Source: Guillardia theta CCMP2712
Lineage: Eukaryota; Protista; Cryptophyta
Direction: 5' to 3'
Length of the DNA: 64,000 nucleotides
Assembly: GCF_000315625.1 (NCBI RefSeq)
Contig: NW_005434647.1
Span: forward strand, 608,936-672,935
Part shown: piece by piece, positions 44,430 to 57,960 of the stretch
How positions within the stretch are numbered: position 1 is the stretch's first letter
How the letters are laid out: each line of letters opens with the position of its first letter
Made by a program: the position numbers and the translations under genes
The notes under the pieces: model-generated
The model's database searches: none
The model's input: only the letters and a program-made list of their open reading frames with translations
Told to the model about the DNA's origin: nothing

Positions 44430-47400
44430 TCTCAGCCAGTTTTAATCACTCGGCAAGTTCTGATCAATCTTATGAAGAAAGCAGAAACTTTCTGCGAGGC
44501 TACTTGACCGAAATGTTGGCCACCTTTCCAGGTCCCTTTCCTCCTCCTCCTCCTCCTCCTTCTCGCCCTTCTCGCCCTTCTAGCCCTTCTGTCTTCCGTT
44601 GTAGTCACGCGACGTTACAGGCTCGGCCAATATCGACGGCAAGGCCACGAGTCATCAGGATCTTTTGAGACTGATGCAAGCAAACAATGGTGCGACGATG
44701 CAGGGCAACGCGATGCTACAGAGCGGAGGACAGCAGCTGAACATGCTGGGCCAGGTCCGACTGCCTACGGGAGGGTGAATGCATTTAGTACTGATGCATG
44801 TGCAGAATTCTCAGCCGCTACCGAGTTTCGTGAAGGACTTTGACTTCTGGAGCGAGACGGAGCACATGAAGTTCTTGGCGGCGATGAAGTCTGGGTTCAA
44901 GGTGACAGCTAAATTTCTTCCTTCTCCTACACTTGTTGACGTTCCGTTGGTTCAGCTTGAGCTTGCAACCGTTGCTCTGCTCATTGGCACTCGAACATCT
45001 AGTCAAGTCGATAGCCATTACAAGCTCTACATGGTAAAGTCTTGAGAGTTCCATGCTTGCTGTCTTCTTGGTTGTCACTTGTAATCTCATTCCCCACGTG
45101 TAATGCTCGTTGTCACTTGCTGTCTTCTTGCTCACGTGCGGATGCTCTGCGTTTCAGATCGCTCGGCAGAAGTGTCTGCTCGGGAGCGTGGAGGGCAAGG
45201 TACTCCTTTGATGCCTTATGATGTTGGTCGGGATGAGAGGAGATAAGCAGGAGAAGGAGCTGTCTCTTGCTGAGATGTACAATGCGGTCGGGATCTATAA
45301 CCTCTGGATTCAACACCAGGTGCGTTGAACTCAACATGTCTCGATCTTGTGATGTCTGGTTGTGATGTCTGGTTGTGGATAGATGCAAAGGCAGACCATC
45401 GACCTTACAAGTAGTAGCAACATGAACAGCAACAACATGAACAATATGAGCAGCAGCATGGGCAGCAGCAACAGCATGGGCGGCGGCAGCAACAGCAGCA
45501 GCAGCAACAACAGATCAAACTTGTTGTACAATAGCATCGCAGGGGGAAATGTAAATCTTTCCGGTTTGCAGACAATTGGAAGCGTCTCGAACATGGTAAT
45601 GATTGAAATGTTTCCTTTTGTTCTGTGTCATTGTCTTGTCTTGACTTGATCGAGGTCCTATTGTATGACAGCCGAGTTTTCCTGTCTTGACTTGTCTCTT
45701 GTCTTTTGTTCTGTCTTTTCGTCTTGTGCTCGTCCATCTGACGGTGTTGTTGAAGCAACAGATCGGAGGAGGGAGCAACTCCATCAACCTCCTTGTCAAC
45801 GAGGTGACTTCTGTCTCTCTTGTCATGTACACGAGCAGGACTGACTCTGTTATGAGCAGCAGCTTGAGGTACAACTTGCTGCTTGCGCAGTTTGCCTCCC
45901 CCTCCCGTCTTGTAACGGCCAACATCACCAGCATCTAAAGAAGCTCTCCTCACTGCAAGGAAACTTCCAGCAAACGGACCTGCTGCAGCAAGTCAACAAC
46001 GTGAGTGGCGCGTGCCGTGTCTTCTCCGTTGACATCCTGCCAGATGTACAACAAAAAGCGAAAGTTTGAGCAAGAGCAGTTGGATCAGAAACAACAAATG
46101 TTCGCATCGCCTCTGACAGGTTCCTTTCCATGCTCCCTCTCCCTCCCTCTCTCCCTCTCCCTCTCCCTCTCCCTCTCCCTCTCCCTCTCCCTCTCCCTCT
46201 CCCTCTCCCTCTCCCTCTCCTTCCCCCTCCCCCTCTCCTTCCCCCTTTGCCCCACTTCCCTTTACCTGCTCTCCTCTCACCATGTCTTCGTTTCCGCACC
46301 CTCAGCAGACGCTTTCTCGAGCCCCAAGAAGCAGATGCTGGGACTGCGGGAGGAGCACACGGTGGTACAATCCCTGCAGCGGAGCCCGAATCAGTTGGCA
46401 AGAGGAGGAGAGGTGAAGGAAGACTTTCTATGCACATGTTACTTGTGACTGATGTTGGTTGCAGGCTTGCAACCTTGCTCCTGCTGCTCGACCTTGTGGA
46501 AATGTGAGAGAGGTCGACGCGGGTTGCGCATGTCTGATGCCCGGTGGTGCGTCAGGTGCAGTATGATCAGCAGAACCAGCGCAGCCAAGAGCTGTTGAAC
46601 CAGATCAAACTGATGTTGCATGCTAATCAAGTATGTCATTGTGTTAAGATCTCTGTCTCCTTCTACTCCATTGTTGAGATCTCCTTCCTTCTTCTACTCC
46701 CTTGTGCTGTAAACTGTTTTCTCCTCTGATCTTTCTTCACTCCCCCCCTTCCCCCCCTTGCTTCTTTTTCTGTTGTCCTCTCTTTCCTTTGCCCTGCTGT
46801 ACTCTCTTTTCGATTTGTTTCTCATCAAGCAAGCAGGTCTCTTCCTCCTCGTTTCCTGCTCTTGCCGGAGACCTCCTCCTCTTCACGTATTTCTTACCTC
46901 TTGACCTGTCGTGTCCACACCTTACAAGAGCTGTCAGCCAAAACGCAGGAGCAACCGGACACGGTTATGTCAAAGATCAACATTTCAGCAACCATCCGTC
47001 GTCGTCTTCATCTGCATCGTCGTCGTCGTCTTTCTCTTCCTTCTCCTCCTCCTCAACATCTTCGGAAGTCCCTCAGCATCTGGACCCATCGGACCCCAAT
47101 GACTTGAAACAGCGCCAATACAAAGAAGAGGAGTTCTCTTCCTTGGAAGAGAGCCTGGCAGTTCTAGTCGAGGTACCTTGCGCTTTCCATCTCCTCTTCC
47201 TCCCCCTGGCTCCTCCCCCTGGCTCCTCCTCCTCCTCCTCCTCCTCCTCCTCCTCTCTTCTGGCCTCGTGATGTTTTGGGGTTGCAGGTGGCGGAACTGA
47301 AGCAGCACGCGGAGGCCATGATCACCGCTCTGCAAGGAGACGACGACAAGAAGAAGAAGAAGAAGAAGAAGAAGAAGAGCAAGTCGAAAGCTGACAAGTG

Positions 47401-48166
47401 AGTGCAAGGAGCAGAGTAGATTGTCTTTTTTGCTCTGATTATGATTATGATTATGATTGTGATTGTATTTTTTCTCTGTTCTGTTCCTTTTCCTTGTGTC
47501 TGACTTGATGTGATAGCGATGGTTCACAAGACGCTCATCGCTCGAAGACTGGAAACGACTCCTCTGGCAGCTCCTCCCCACGCAGGTGAGTCCCCTCCCT
47601 CCTGCTCCTCCTGCTCCTCCTCCTGCTCCTCCTGCTCCTCCTGCTGCACTTGCTCCTGCTCCTGCTCCACCAGTTCCTCCCCTTTCTTTCTCTTCAGTTT
47701 TCTCCTCCTCTCTCTCCCTCCTCCCCTTGACGTCTTCTTGTCCTACAGCGCTCTCTTCGACGTCTTCCTCAACAAGAATGAGGCTGGAACGAAGGTCGTA
47801 GACCAGGATGAGAACAAGGTGACAATCGTCTCCTGCTCCTCCCTCTCCTGCTCCTTTCCTGCTCCTCCTGCTCCTCCCTCTCCTCCTCTTCCTCCTCCTC
47901 CTGCTTCTACTACCACTCTTCTGCTGCATGCTCCATCTCTGATTTTGGTTTTTGCAGGATGCGTCACAGACACCAAGGAAAAGTTGGATCAAAGTGAGGA
48001 GGAGGAAAAGGAGGAGGAGGAGGAGGTGGAGGATGGGGGGGGGGGATGAGCAGGAGCAGGAGCGGGGTTACTTTGACTTCTTACGTGCAGCTTGGGAAAT
48101 TCATCGAGGTGAAATGGCGCGGCGAATGGTGGCAGGTAAATTAGCTTCCTGCTGCTGCTGCTGCTG

Positions 48167-48201
<35 letters not shown>

Positions 48202-48444
48202 GCTGCTCCTAACACGCTGACGCAGGCAAAGATCAAGAGGATCAAGAACGAGAAGCGGCGAGACAGGAGCGACCAGGTGCGAGCAGGAGACGCGCGTCTG
48301 CTGGCTCACGACAAGCATCAGGTCCTCGTGTCTTATGTGGGAGGAAGCGACGACGAGGACGAATGGCTTTCCTTCTCGAGGTATCAGATGCTGCTCTCCT
48401 CCTCCTCCTCCTCCTCTTTCTGATGGTGGTGGTGGTCGTGGTGG

Positions 48445-48491
<47 letters not shown>

Positions 48492-48586
48492 TGTCTGCTG
48501 CTGCTGCTTCCTTCATCTCACAACCTCGCAGCAAGAGGCTCCGACCTCCCACAGAAGCGTTCGAGGACACAAGCGAAGGGCGTTAG
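44430..48586 (+). CDS. Myb/SANT-domain protein with N/Q-rich region and C-terminal Tudor/chromo-barrel domain
   Basis: WSETEHMKFLAAMKSGFK|LELATVALLIGTRTSSQVDSHYKLY. C-terminal spliced GKFIEVKWRGEWWQ|AKIKRIK..|VLVSYVGGSDDEDEWL..RLRPP. The start is not resolved. Confidence 0.75.
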
Positions 48587-48700
48587 AGGCGTGTTAAGAT
48601 TTGAAAAGAAGGCGTGTCATTCCACCATCTCCGTTTGTCTTGTTTGTTGTTTGCATAGGTATCGCATCTTATCCAGTAAATAGTTCGTGTGCAAAGAGTT

Positions 48701-48821
48701 TCATACTTGTTGACAACAACTTTGACACTTGTTCGTCGTTACGTCATACTTGTTGACAACAACTTTGACACTTGTTCGTCGTTACGTCATACTTGTTGAC
48801 AACAACTTTGATACTTGTTCG
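48701..48821. repeat. 43-bp tandem repeat, about 2.8 copies
   Basis: tcatacttgttgacaacaactttgacacttgttcgtcgttacg starting at 48701, 48744 and 48787. Confidence 0.95.
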
Positions 48822-48894
48822 CATGTCGTTTCGTCACTCAGCACCAAGTTGGCTCCTCTACACTCCTGTTCCTCCTACTTCCTCCTCCTCCCTA

Positions 48895-50081
48895 CTATAA
48901 GTGATCCTTGCCATAGAGCGCCTCCAACCGGCTCCTCATGGCATCGTAATCGATCCCGTCCTCCTGGTCCCGCTCCTTCTGCTTCTGCTTCGCCCCTGCG
49001 CATCCCGTCATCCCCCTCCGCTCCCTCCTACTCCCTCACCTTCTCCTCCTCCCTTGCCGTTCTCACTGAGCTGCATCCTGGAGCACAGGTTAGTTGGAAG
49101 AAAGGTGGAGAACGAGGAGGGAGGAACGAAGGCAGGGGAGCGGAGGAGGGAGGGAGGGAGGGAGGGGGAAGCGATCGGAGGAACGAGAGAAGGAGCAAGG
49201 AGGAGGAGTGGCTTTGCTTACAGCAGTTCCCTAGGGTCCTTGACAGCTTCGGGCGGGAAGAAGAGAGTCCCGGCCCGGATGAAGGTGGTCAGGTACCCGG
49301 ACTCATCCGCAAACCCCTTGATCTCCCTCGGGTCCAGAGGCTCGATGTGCGGGCTAGGAAAGTCCTGCGCTTCCAGGAGCCCCGCGTACCTGATAGCGTC
49401 CTCCTCCTCCTGCCAGGAGGCTGTTTCAGGGGAGGGGGGGGGGGGNNNNNNNNNNNNNNNNNNNNNNNNNNNNNNNNNNNNNNNNNNNNNNNNNNNNNNN
49501 NNNNNNNNNNNNNNNNNNNNNNNNNNNNNNNNNNNNNNNNNNNNNGGAGGGCGGGAGAAGGCAGGGGAGGAGAAGGGGGGGAGGAAGAGGGGAGGAAGGG
49601 AGGAGAAGACCGAAGGGGAAGGGGAGAAGGTACCTCGAAGAAGACGACCGTGTTAATAAGCTTTCCATCCTTTGCTCGCACTTGCAGTGTATCTAGGAAG
49701 CAACCGCGTCAAGTCCTGCTTGCCTGCCTTTCTAGCTCGCTCACATATCCCTTCGTTGTCGGATCGGGGGTTGAAGATGAGCACGAAGATCTTGTTGAGC
49801 TTCAGCCAGCTCTCATCCAGGTCGGGCAGGGAGAATCTTTCCTCCCCGAAGAAGTTCTCTCCGAACCCGAACGCCGAGCTCGTCATCTGCCTGGCCGAGC
49901 TAGCCCCCCTGCCATCGACAGGTTTGCTTGTGAACGCGGTTGGCAGCGGCTGGCGGGCTGCTTCTGCGGGCGTCAGCCTTCCTCTCCCCCTCAGCACAAG
50001 AGCAGGACTGAATGCATCAGCCTGCGGCTCGCAGAGGAGGAAGGCGAAGAAGAGGGCGAGACTAGCACTGAGTTTTTTCAT
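48895..50081 (-). CDS. DUF3110-family (cyanobacterial-type) plastid-targeted protein
   Basis: Signal peptide ending QADA followed by FSP; KIFVLIFNPRSDNEGI; NTVVFFE; DAIRYAGLLEAQDFPSPHIEPLDPREIKGFADESGY..FFPPE; C-terminal MRSRLEALY. Confidence 0.85.
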
Positions 50082-51181
50082 GGCGATTCGAATGACAAGG
50101 TTACTGATGTCCGGGAGATCATCATTCCACAATCATCCTGCCACGGGTGTTTAGACGATTGAATGAAACGGAAGAAGAAGTGAAGTATTCTAGCAGTGTC
50201 GTCTCGCTAACTCGGGGCATGCCGCAACTTTGGGTCACAAAACAAAGAGAACGCATTATGAGAAAGATCCACCCTTGATCAAACACGAGACAAACTCGTC
50301 TCAGAGCCAAGAACAGGCCCACACTACTTTGATGCATGTTCATGTTTCTTTCTCTGCCATGTCTTCCTCCTCTATCCTCTTGTGCGCTCTCCTTTATCCC
50401 CCCCCCTCCTCTCCAGCCATCTTCATTCGTCGTCGCTTGGCGGCCCCCGCCTTTTAAAATCTCTTTATAACTACTATTACGTACAAAACGGCACGAAACC
50501 AGAAGATTTCATCAATGTATCCAAACAACAATCCTATATATCAATATAAAACTATATAAGAAACGGTTAGAAATCTACAAATCTTCTTACAATAGTTTTA
50601 AAAAACAACTATTTTAAAATTTCTTTTCCAGCCCGCCTCAGAACTTCCTAGGAGTAGGTGAGCTCCCTGTCATCGACGCTGTCCTCACCGAGGACGCCGA
50701 AGATGCGGTATACCACCGGTACTTTAACAAGTCAGATGTAGGGGTACATTACCATATTGGCAGCGGGCGTTATGTAATAAATTCGTTGTGTGAAGGGGGT
50801 GCGCTAACCGGTGAAGAGTGTATAATGAGGGGTGGGGTACTTCACATAAAAGGAGGAAAAGAAGGACAAGAGAAAGTCCTTGATAAGGGGGGTGATTAGT
50901 GGTCTAAAGGGGGGTTAGGGTGTGGGGGACTTTTATTACTATATGTGTTTTAGGTATAAAACAATGAACTTTATAATTAAAACTACATATAAGCACTTTG
51001 TCAGCCAGAAATTTCACCCCGGATACGGACGGAAATGTTGGGGGGGAAGCGAGTGGAAGGCGAGGGGAGAGAGGGGAGAGGAGGAGAACAAAGACAGTAC
51101 ATGCATCAGGGGGAAGAGCGGTCTCCCATGAGTGAGCAGATCAGTGAGCATGACACTTGGGAAGGGAGAGAGTGATAGAGC

Positions 51182-52105
51182 ATGGACGAGACGAAATTTG
51201 CACGCTGTGTCTTGGAGGCATGCGAGCATGCCAGAGTAGGTAAGACTGCGAGGGAGAAGCTTGCGAAGGACTTCCTGCTGCTGTTCTACGGGTTGAGATC
51301 TGCCGTGCTGATCGATTATCTTCCTCTCAAGTCTATCCACGAGGTCACCGACTCGTGCCTTGAGAGAGTCAGGAAACTCCACGAAGACTTCTCTGATGTC
51401 TTCATCCTGCATCTTTGCGAGGACAACTACTTCTTGATCCATGTCCAGAACTCTCTGTCGAGGCTTCAGAGCCACCTCGAGGACGGACTAGGGAGGCTCG
51501 TTCTCGTCAACTGCTCGAAGGGGCTTCAGACCCCCTACACTATGGAGCCTAAGGAGATGACTGAAGTTGTCCTGACCTTCACGCTACTGATCGAGAAGCT
51601 GGAGGAGGAGGTCAGAGCAACGTCGCAGGCACAGAGAAAGATCGAGATGGAGGACGAATCGTTTGCGCTGCTGCTGCCCACCATAGCAGGATGGATCTTG
51701 GAGTACCCTGTGGTCTACTTCGTCGACGACATCCTCTCGGGAAACTCTCTCGGGATGGTGCCGCTGCACCTGTACAGGTTGGAAGTGAAGTCAGAGGAGG
51801 TGAGAGCGACTCTAGCCTCCTCCCTCCTCGTCTGACATGCTCGTCCTCAGGTTGCTGACATCGGTTGGGCCCCCCACCATGTCCTGAGCTTCAGCGTTCC
51901 CAAGGACCTGAGCCCGCGGCCGATGGAGGAGCCGTTTCTCGCCGAGCACTTGCGGATGCTGAGGGAGAGGATGGAGGGGAGGAGGAGAAGGTTGGTGGCT
52001 GCTGGCGACGGATCGAGGTTGTTTCTCTTCGCTCCCGCTTGTCCAGCATGGATGTTCCCCCAGGTGACGGTGACAGAAGTCTGTTTGCAGACAGTTGCAC
52101 TTTGA
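51182..52105 (+). CDS. DUF4504 / UPF0739 (C1orf74)-like protein
   Basis: GLRSAVLIDY; PTIAGWILEYPVVYF; NSLGMVPL; after one intron, LSFSVP and C-terminal VCLQTVAL*. Confidence 0.75.
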
Positions 52106-52559
52106 TTGTGCTGCCGAGGTTTCAAGGTGTGATCGGTAGAGATGTGAGCATTCAGAAAGAAAGCAAGCAAGAGATCTGCATGCAAACATGCAATGAATAG
52201 ATGTTTGCTCGTAAACGACAGACAATATAACCCTTCTTCTTATGTCCAGCTCTTGGCTCTCTCTCGATAACTTTAGAACCTCAGTTTGCCCTCTCCTCCT
52301 CCTCCTCTCCTCCTCCTCCTGCTGCTGCTGCTCTTCCTTACTCCCGCCCCTCCTCCTCCTCCCCCTTGTTCATCAACTCGTTTCTGAATCTCTTTCAGCT
52401 ATAATCTTGTCAAACTCAACGTCCACTACCCTACCCCCTCATCCGGAAATTTCGCAAATGTACCCGTCCATTTCTTTGATTTTGATGGGGTCATGCAGTA
52501 CAACCCTTGCAAGGTGTAGGGTACACCCACCCCATTTCTTCATTCAAAAATGCAAAACC

Positions 52560-54318
52560 ATGACAATGCCCTGCGTATTTCGCAAACTTTGCGCTGCTAA
52601 GACGACATGGCACCGTCACCTGAATCCTGCTCTCCTTCTACCTCTCCCTCTCCCTCTTCGTTTTCATCTTCCCCTTTCCCTCTCACGCTCTTTCTTCCTC
52701 TCCACCTCCGTCGGCACCATCATCCTATCCCCCACAATCTCATCACCATCACCATCTCATCGTCATTATCATATCTTTCTCTTCTTCCTCTTCCTGTTTC
52801 TCTTCCTCTTCCTCGTCCTACTTAACCTTCATTCACTGTATCATCGTCTCATTCACTTCTTGTCATAGATGGTATCGCTTACCAGCATACACCAAATCTT
52901 CTCTCAGATTTATGAGCTCTGGCTTCCATACTAAACCTGTCAAACAAAACTCTTCCTAGATCGGTCTTGCTTCTTGTCATGTCGTGCAGTTCTGCCAAAA
53001 CGAACTAGGCTCACCTTTGCTTACTATCAGGCACGGAAACCGGCAGGAACTAGCACGTGAAAGCAATTCTCTCGAGATTGTTGTACAGGTTTGTGACAAA
53101 CTGCAGAAGCACCGCAAGTCATGATGACTTTCAGGACGCCACCGTGTTGTGAATGAACTGATCAACCTGACAAGACTGAACATGTCTAGAAGACTGGGAC
53201 TGCGTGAGCCGATGATGAGGTATCGTCGAGGACAAAGGGAGAGAACAAGTGTGTGATCGGAGAGGCTGACGACAACCTCTTGCAGATGTTGGTGCTGCAA
53301 TGTAAGGCAGAGCGTCGGCCACACTTTGACGTTCGGATTCGTCCAGTTTTGGCACCTTGGGTTGCACGCTGGTGATAAGAACATGTGACAATCTCTGTTG
53401 ATCTTGACTTCATTCCAGCCATCATCATCGTTGAAACCATCCAGCCATCCAACCTCTCCGAGTTCGGGACCATTTCCCAGGTCCCCCCTGTCCACTCGAT
53501 CTCCCACGATCTCTCCCAATCTCCCACGATCTCCCACGATCTCCTGCTCAGCACCGAGAGGCAGATGACAAGCTTGTTGCTGCAGGAGAACTGCAAGCTC
53601 CCCTTCTGGCGGGGCATAATCTTTGCCGCCATTCACCTTGGCCTCGCCTTCCTTGGCCTCTGCGGGTTCCTCCTGCAAAACTCCTTCCTCCTCACCATCT
53701 TCTCCTCCTCCTCCCTCGTCGTCATCGCGACCGCGGTCCCCGTCACTGTCCTCCCGTTCTTGACGAACTGCGGGGTGACGACGTTGAAGCGGGAGGACGT
53801 GATCAACATGTCTGTGCAAGCCGTTCTCCAGCTCCTCCTCGGCCTGCTCCCGATCTCGCTGTCAGTGTGGAAGCTTCTCAGCCTGTTGACTACCTCGCGA
53901 GTCAGCGCGCGGAGAGAAGAAGTAAGAGTTAGCTCCCTCTCGTTGATCTCTCTCCCTCCCTCCCTTCTTCTCTCCCTCACCCTCTCTCCCTCTCACTCTC
54001 TCTGTCCCCCCATCCCACTACCTCCTTCTTTCTCACAGTCTCATGTGCACTTGCAGCCTGCTGAGGAGGACGATGATCCTAGTCGACGCAAGTACTTGAC
54101 GTTCGAGGTCAACAGACTTGCTCCTTCTTCCTCTCACAAACTTGTCCAGAAACCCGAGAGCTCTCCCCCCAAGACATCTGCAACTTCCTACGAGCTCCAA
54201 CGTGATCCGCCCCTCCCTCCTCCTTCTCGCTCACAGCTTCCTCCTGCAGTCTTTTCTCCACAAGAAGCTCCTCCACCGCCTCCTATCGACATGACCAAGT
54301 TGTACCTCAGGTGCCATA

Positions 54319-54416
<98 letters not shown>

Positions 54417-54520
54417 CCTGCTCCTGCTGTCAACTCCTCTGACTTGAGTGTCGCAGCCTGGACGACAACCCTTCCTTCCTCGATCCCATCAAGCGCCAGG
54501 TTCCTGTCAACGGCTCTGTT
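52560..54520 (+). CDS. Hypothetical multi-pass membrane protein with Pro-rich tail
   Basis: Exons CWCCNVRQSVGHTLTFGFVQFWHLGL and FWRGIIFAAIHLGLAFLGLCGFLL..LVVIATAVPVTVLPFL..AVLQLLLGLLPISLSVW. Ends uncertain; the gene runs into a gap. Confidence 0.55.
54321..54415. repeat. Intronic (TCCTGC)n microsatellite
   Basis: About 15 hexamer copies. Similar tracts at 46134-46220 (CTCTCC)n, 48170-48200 and 48445-48490. Confidence 0.9.
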
Positions 54521-55099
54521 GGAGGGAGGAGAGAGGAGGGAAGGGGGGGGGGGGAGNNNNNNNNNNNNNNNNNNNNNNNNNNNNNNNNNNNNNNNNNNNN
54601 NNNNNNNNNNNNNNNNNNNNNNNNNNNNNNNNNNNNNNNNNNNNNNNNNNNNNNNNNNNNNNNNNNNNNNNNNNNNNNNNNNNNNNNNNNNNNNNNNNNN
54701 NNNNNNNNNNNNNNNNNNNNNNNNNNNNNNNNNNNNNNNNNNNNNNNNNNNNNNNNNNNNNNNNNNNNNNNNNNNNNNNNNNNNNNNNNNNNNNNNNNNN
54801 NNNNNNNNNNNNNNNNNNNNNNNNNNNNNNNNNNNNNNNNNNNNNNNNNNNNNNNNNNNNNNNNNNNNNNNNNNNNNNNNNNNNNNNNNNNNNNNNNNNN
54901 NNNNNNNNNNNNNNNNNNNNNNNNNNNNNNNNNNNNNNNNNNNNNNNNNNNNNNNNCATTCGCAATGAAAGGGAAGTGATAGACAGCAATTCAGGTCACG
55001 AGCATAGATGTGTTGACATTGCTGGGGTCATCGTGGACATACTAGTCAGGAGGAAAGTGGGACCTGACATTAGGAGGGTCATTGGCGAGATGAAAGTGG

Positions 55100-57960
55100 A
55101 TTGACGCTAGTTTTTTCACGTTCGATTCCTCACGCTCTTCATTTGAGATGTCCCATGTCAAGATCTGGAGATCAAATCCAGAAGCCTCTGGAGACCCATA
55201 GAGTTTTCCTCCATGCGTATTTTCTTATTCCCAGTCCATGAAGTCCCTCTCAGTGGTGTGGGTCCCGTCCTCATACACTTCTGCTTCCGTGTAGGTAGTT
55301 GGGAGGGGGGGAAAGGAGGAGGGGGTTGTTGATAGAGAGCAGAGGAAGGGAGGGAGAAGAGGTAGGGGAGGCGGAAGGTACTGACACATTCCTCGCATCC
55401 TCTCAGAAATTTCTTGAGAGCCTGAAGCTGGACATCTCGTTCTGTCTCGGGTGAGAGGAGGAGCATGTGGATGAGCTCGGGTGACAGTCGAGGCAGTATT
55501 GACTCCTCCCTCCTCGTTATGGGCGACATTCTCAACGGCCCTGGGAACTTTGTTGAAGGTAAACCAGTCTCTGTCTCCTCTCCCTTCCTCCCCTCCTCCT
55601 TCCCCTCCTCCTCCCCCTCCTCCCCCCCCTCGCTGCTGCTCCTCCTCGTCGTTTTGCTCCTCTTCCTCCTTCTCCCCTTCTGTGCGCTCTGTCTCCCTTC
55701 CTCCTCTTCTTGCTGCATCCCCTCCTTCTCCTCTGCTTCCGCCGCCTCTCTCATTCTTCTTGCTGTCGCTCACCCCGACCATGGTCTCTAGTCTGCATCC
55801 ACTCGTCCTCCTCCTCATTCCCTGTCGTCTCCTCCATGGACAAGGCCCGGCAGCTCCTCTCTCTGGCAACAGAGCCCAGCAGGTAGCGCGAGCGTGTTGG
55901 TTCAGAGGAGGAGGATCGGTTATGGAGGAGGAGGAGGAGGAGGTGAAGCAGCAGCAGCAGAAGGCAAGGGCAAGGGACACAGGAGACTAGACAGTTTGGT
56001 CGAGTAGCAGAGGAGAGGGTGCAAGGAGGGAGAAGCAGGAGCAGGAAGGGAGCGGGAGCAGGAGGACACTCAGTTGATGAGCAGCAATCTAAAGAAGACG
56101 TTTTCTGGTGAGACGATTCTCGGGGCCCAATGGAAGCTCCCTCGTGGACAGGTAAGAGAGGAGGAGGAGGAGGAACAGAGAAGGGGAGGGGGAGGGGGAG
56201 GAGGAGGAGGAGCTTATCTCGTAGTAGGACTCTGCAATGCAGCACAGTAACGGAGGAGGAGGAGGAGGAGGAGGAGGAGGAGGAGCTGAATTCTTCTCCA
56301 ACCCGACGACGCCTCGATCGGGTTCGCCTCTTGCCTTCTCTACACCATCAGACGATTTCTGACCCTCCTCGTGCAGGCTATCGGGGAGCCGCTAGCAAGG
56401 AGGAGCCAAGTATGCATGCTCCTACTCCCTCCTCCCTCCCTCTCCTTCCGTCCTCCGTTCCTCTCTCCCCTCCCATCCTCCCCCTTCCCTCCCTCTTCCC
56501 ACTCCCGTCCTCCATCCCTTTTTCTCCTCTCCTTCCTCCTCCCACTCTCTCCTCCCCCTCTCCTCCCTCCTCCTCTCATTTCATCGCAGTGAATCAGCTC
56601 TCCTTGCCGGGCGTCAAGTCGCTCACATCTAGTCAGAGATCTGCCACCTCCATCAAGTCTCCTGGCACCCCTCGAGGTTCTCAAATTCCTCCTTCTCCTC
56701 CTCCTCCTCCTCCTCCTCCTCCTCCTCCTCCAGCGTCCCTTTCCTACTCCCTCTTTCCCCTTCCTCCTTCCTCTCCTCCCCTTCCTCCTTCTCACCCTCC
56801 TCCTTCTCCCACCCTCTTCTCCTCTCCCTCCACCACAACCACCACCTCCCCCCCCCTTCCCCCTTTCCTCCTACTTCACTGCACTGCTCATGAGCTTGTT
56901 CAGGAGGCTTCAACGTGGGCTCGGAGGTCTTGCCCGATGGCAGGATGTACACTGGTTCTCGTGTGCGGGTATCACAGCTTCCTCCTCCTCCTCCTCCTCC
57001 TTCCCACCTGCTCTCCTTCCCGACTTTTCTTGAGGCCCTCTCCTTCTGAACCCTTGCTCTCATATTTCCTGTCCTTCCTTCCTCCTTTTTTTCCCCTCCC
57101 CTCCTCTCCTCTCCTCTCCTCTCCTTTCTCTCACTCCATCCTCTCATGTCTCTTGTGCGCTTGTAACTAATTGTATCCTTTCAGTACAACGGGGACCTGA
57201 TTGGTGTTGGAACTCTCACCCAACCATCCGGAGAGAAGTAACACCTTTCCAGACTCACTCCCTTCTCCCTCCATCTACCCTTCTCCACCTCCTCCCATCT
57301 CCACCTCGTCCTCCCTCTCTCCCTTCTACTCATCTCCTCCTCCTCCTCCTCTCCCTCTCTCATGGATTTTTGGTCCAGGTACGAGGGAGAGTGGCTGCAG
57401 TACGAGCCTCACGGGTGAACCTGGTCTGCCTCCTCCTCCCCTCACGCTCTTGCAGCCATGGAGTTCTTACAACGTCCGACGGCAGAAGACATGAGGGACA
57501 ATTTCAGCATGGCAAGTGAACCCAAAGGCCCTCAGTAGCTCCTTCCTCCGCCTCCTCCTTCTCCTCCCTCCTCTCCTCAAACCCATCCTCCTCCGCCTCC
57601 TCTCCTGCTTCCTCCTCCTACCGAGTCTGAGCCCGCAGCAGGCAGCAAGCACGGGTACGGTGTGGCCGAGGAAGGCGGCATGCAGCTCATCGGCAGCTGG
57701 ACTCACGGGTCCAAGAGCGGCTGGTTTGCAGTAGCAGGAGCTGGAGGGCAGGCTAGTTTGCGGGAGTTCCGAGCCGACAGGTTCACTGGCAACCAGCTGG
57801 ACGGGAACGACGAGGGCGTCCAGCACCTTCGTGTCAAGGTACTCGGCATCCTTTCAACCCCAGCTGATCTCGTTTGACAGGCGCAGGCTGCAATCGACAA
57901 GGCGCGGACGGTGGCGAACCTGGCAAGGACCAAGTACAGTCTTGACTCGTGGGCATGCTA
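55100..57960 (+). CDS. MORN-repeat protein with low-complexity N-terminal part
   Basis: Spliced GVGTLTQPSGEK|YEGEWLQYEPHG, HGVLTTSDGRRHEGQFQHGK, KHGYGVAEEGGMQLIGSWTHGSKSGW; helical tail AQAAIDKARTVANLAR. Confidence 0.75.

Noticed and set aside
48701-48821. CRISPR-like array
   Set aside because: Units are contiguous with no unique spacers, there are no cas genes, and the context is eukaryotic.
34981-50081. Functional cluster of plastid-targeted genes (SPP, INSIG-like, DUF3110)
   Set aside because: They are interspersed with unrelated genes, and three among about 18 genes is compatible with chance in an alga.
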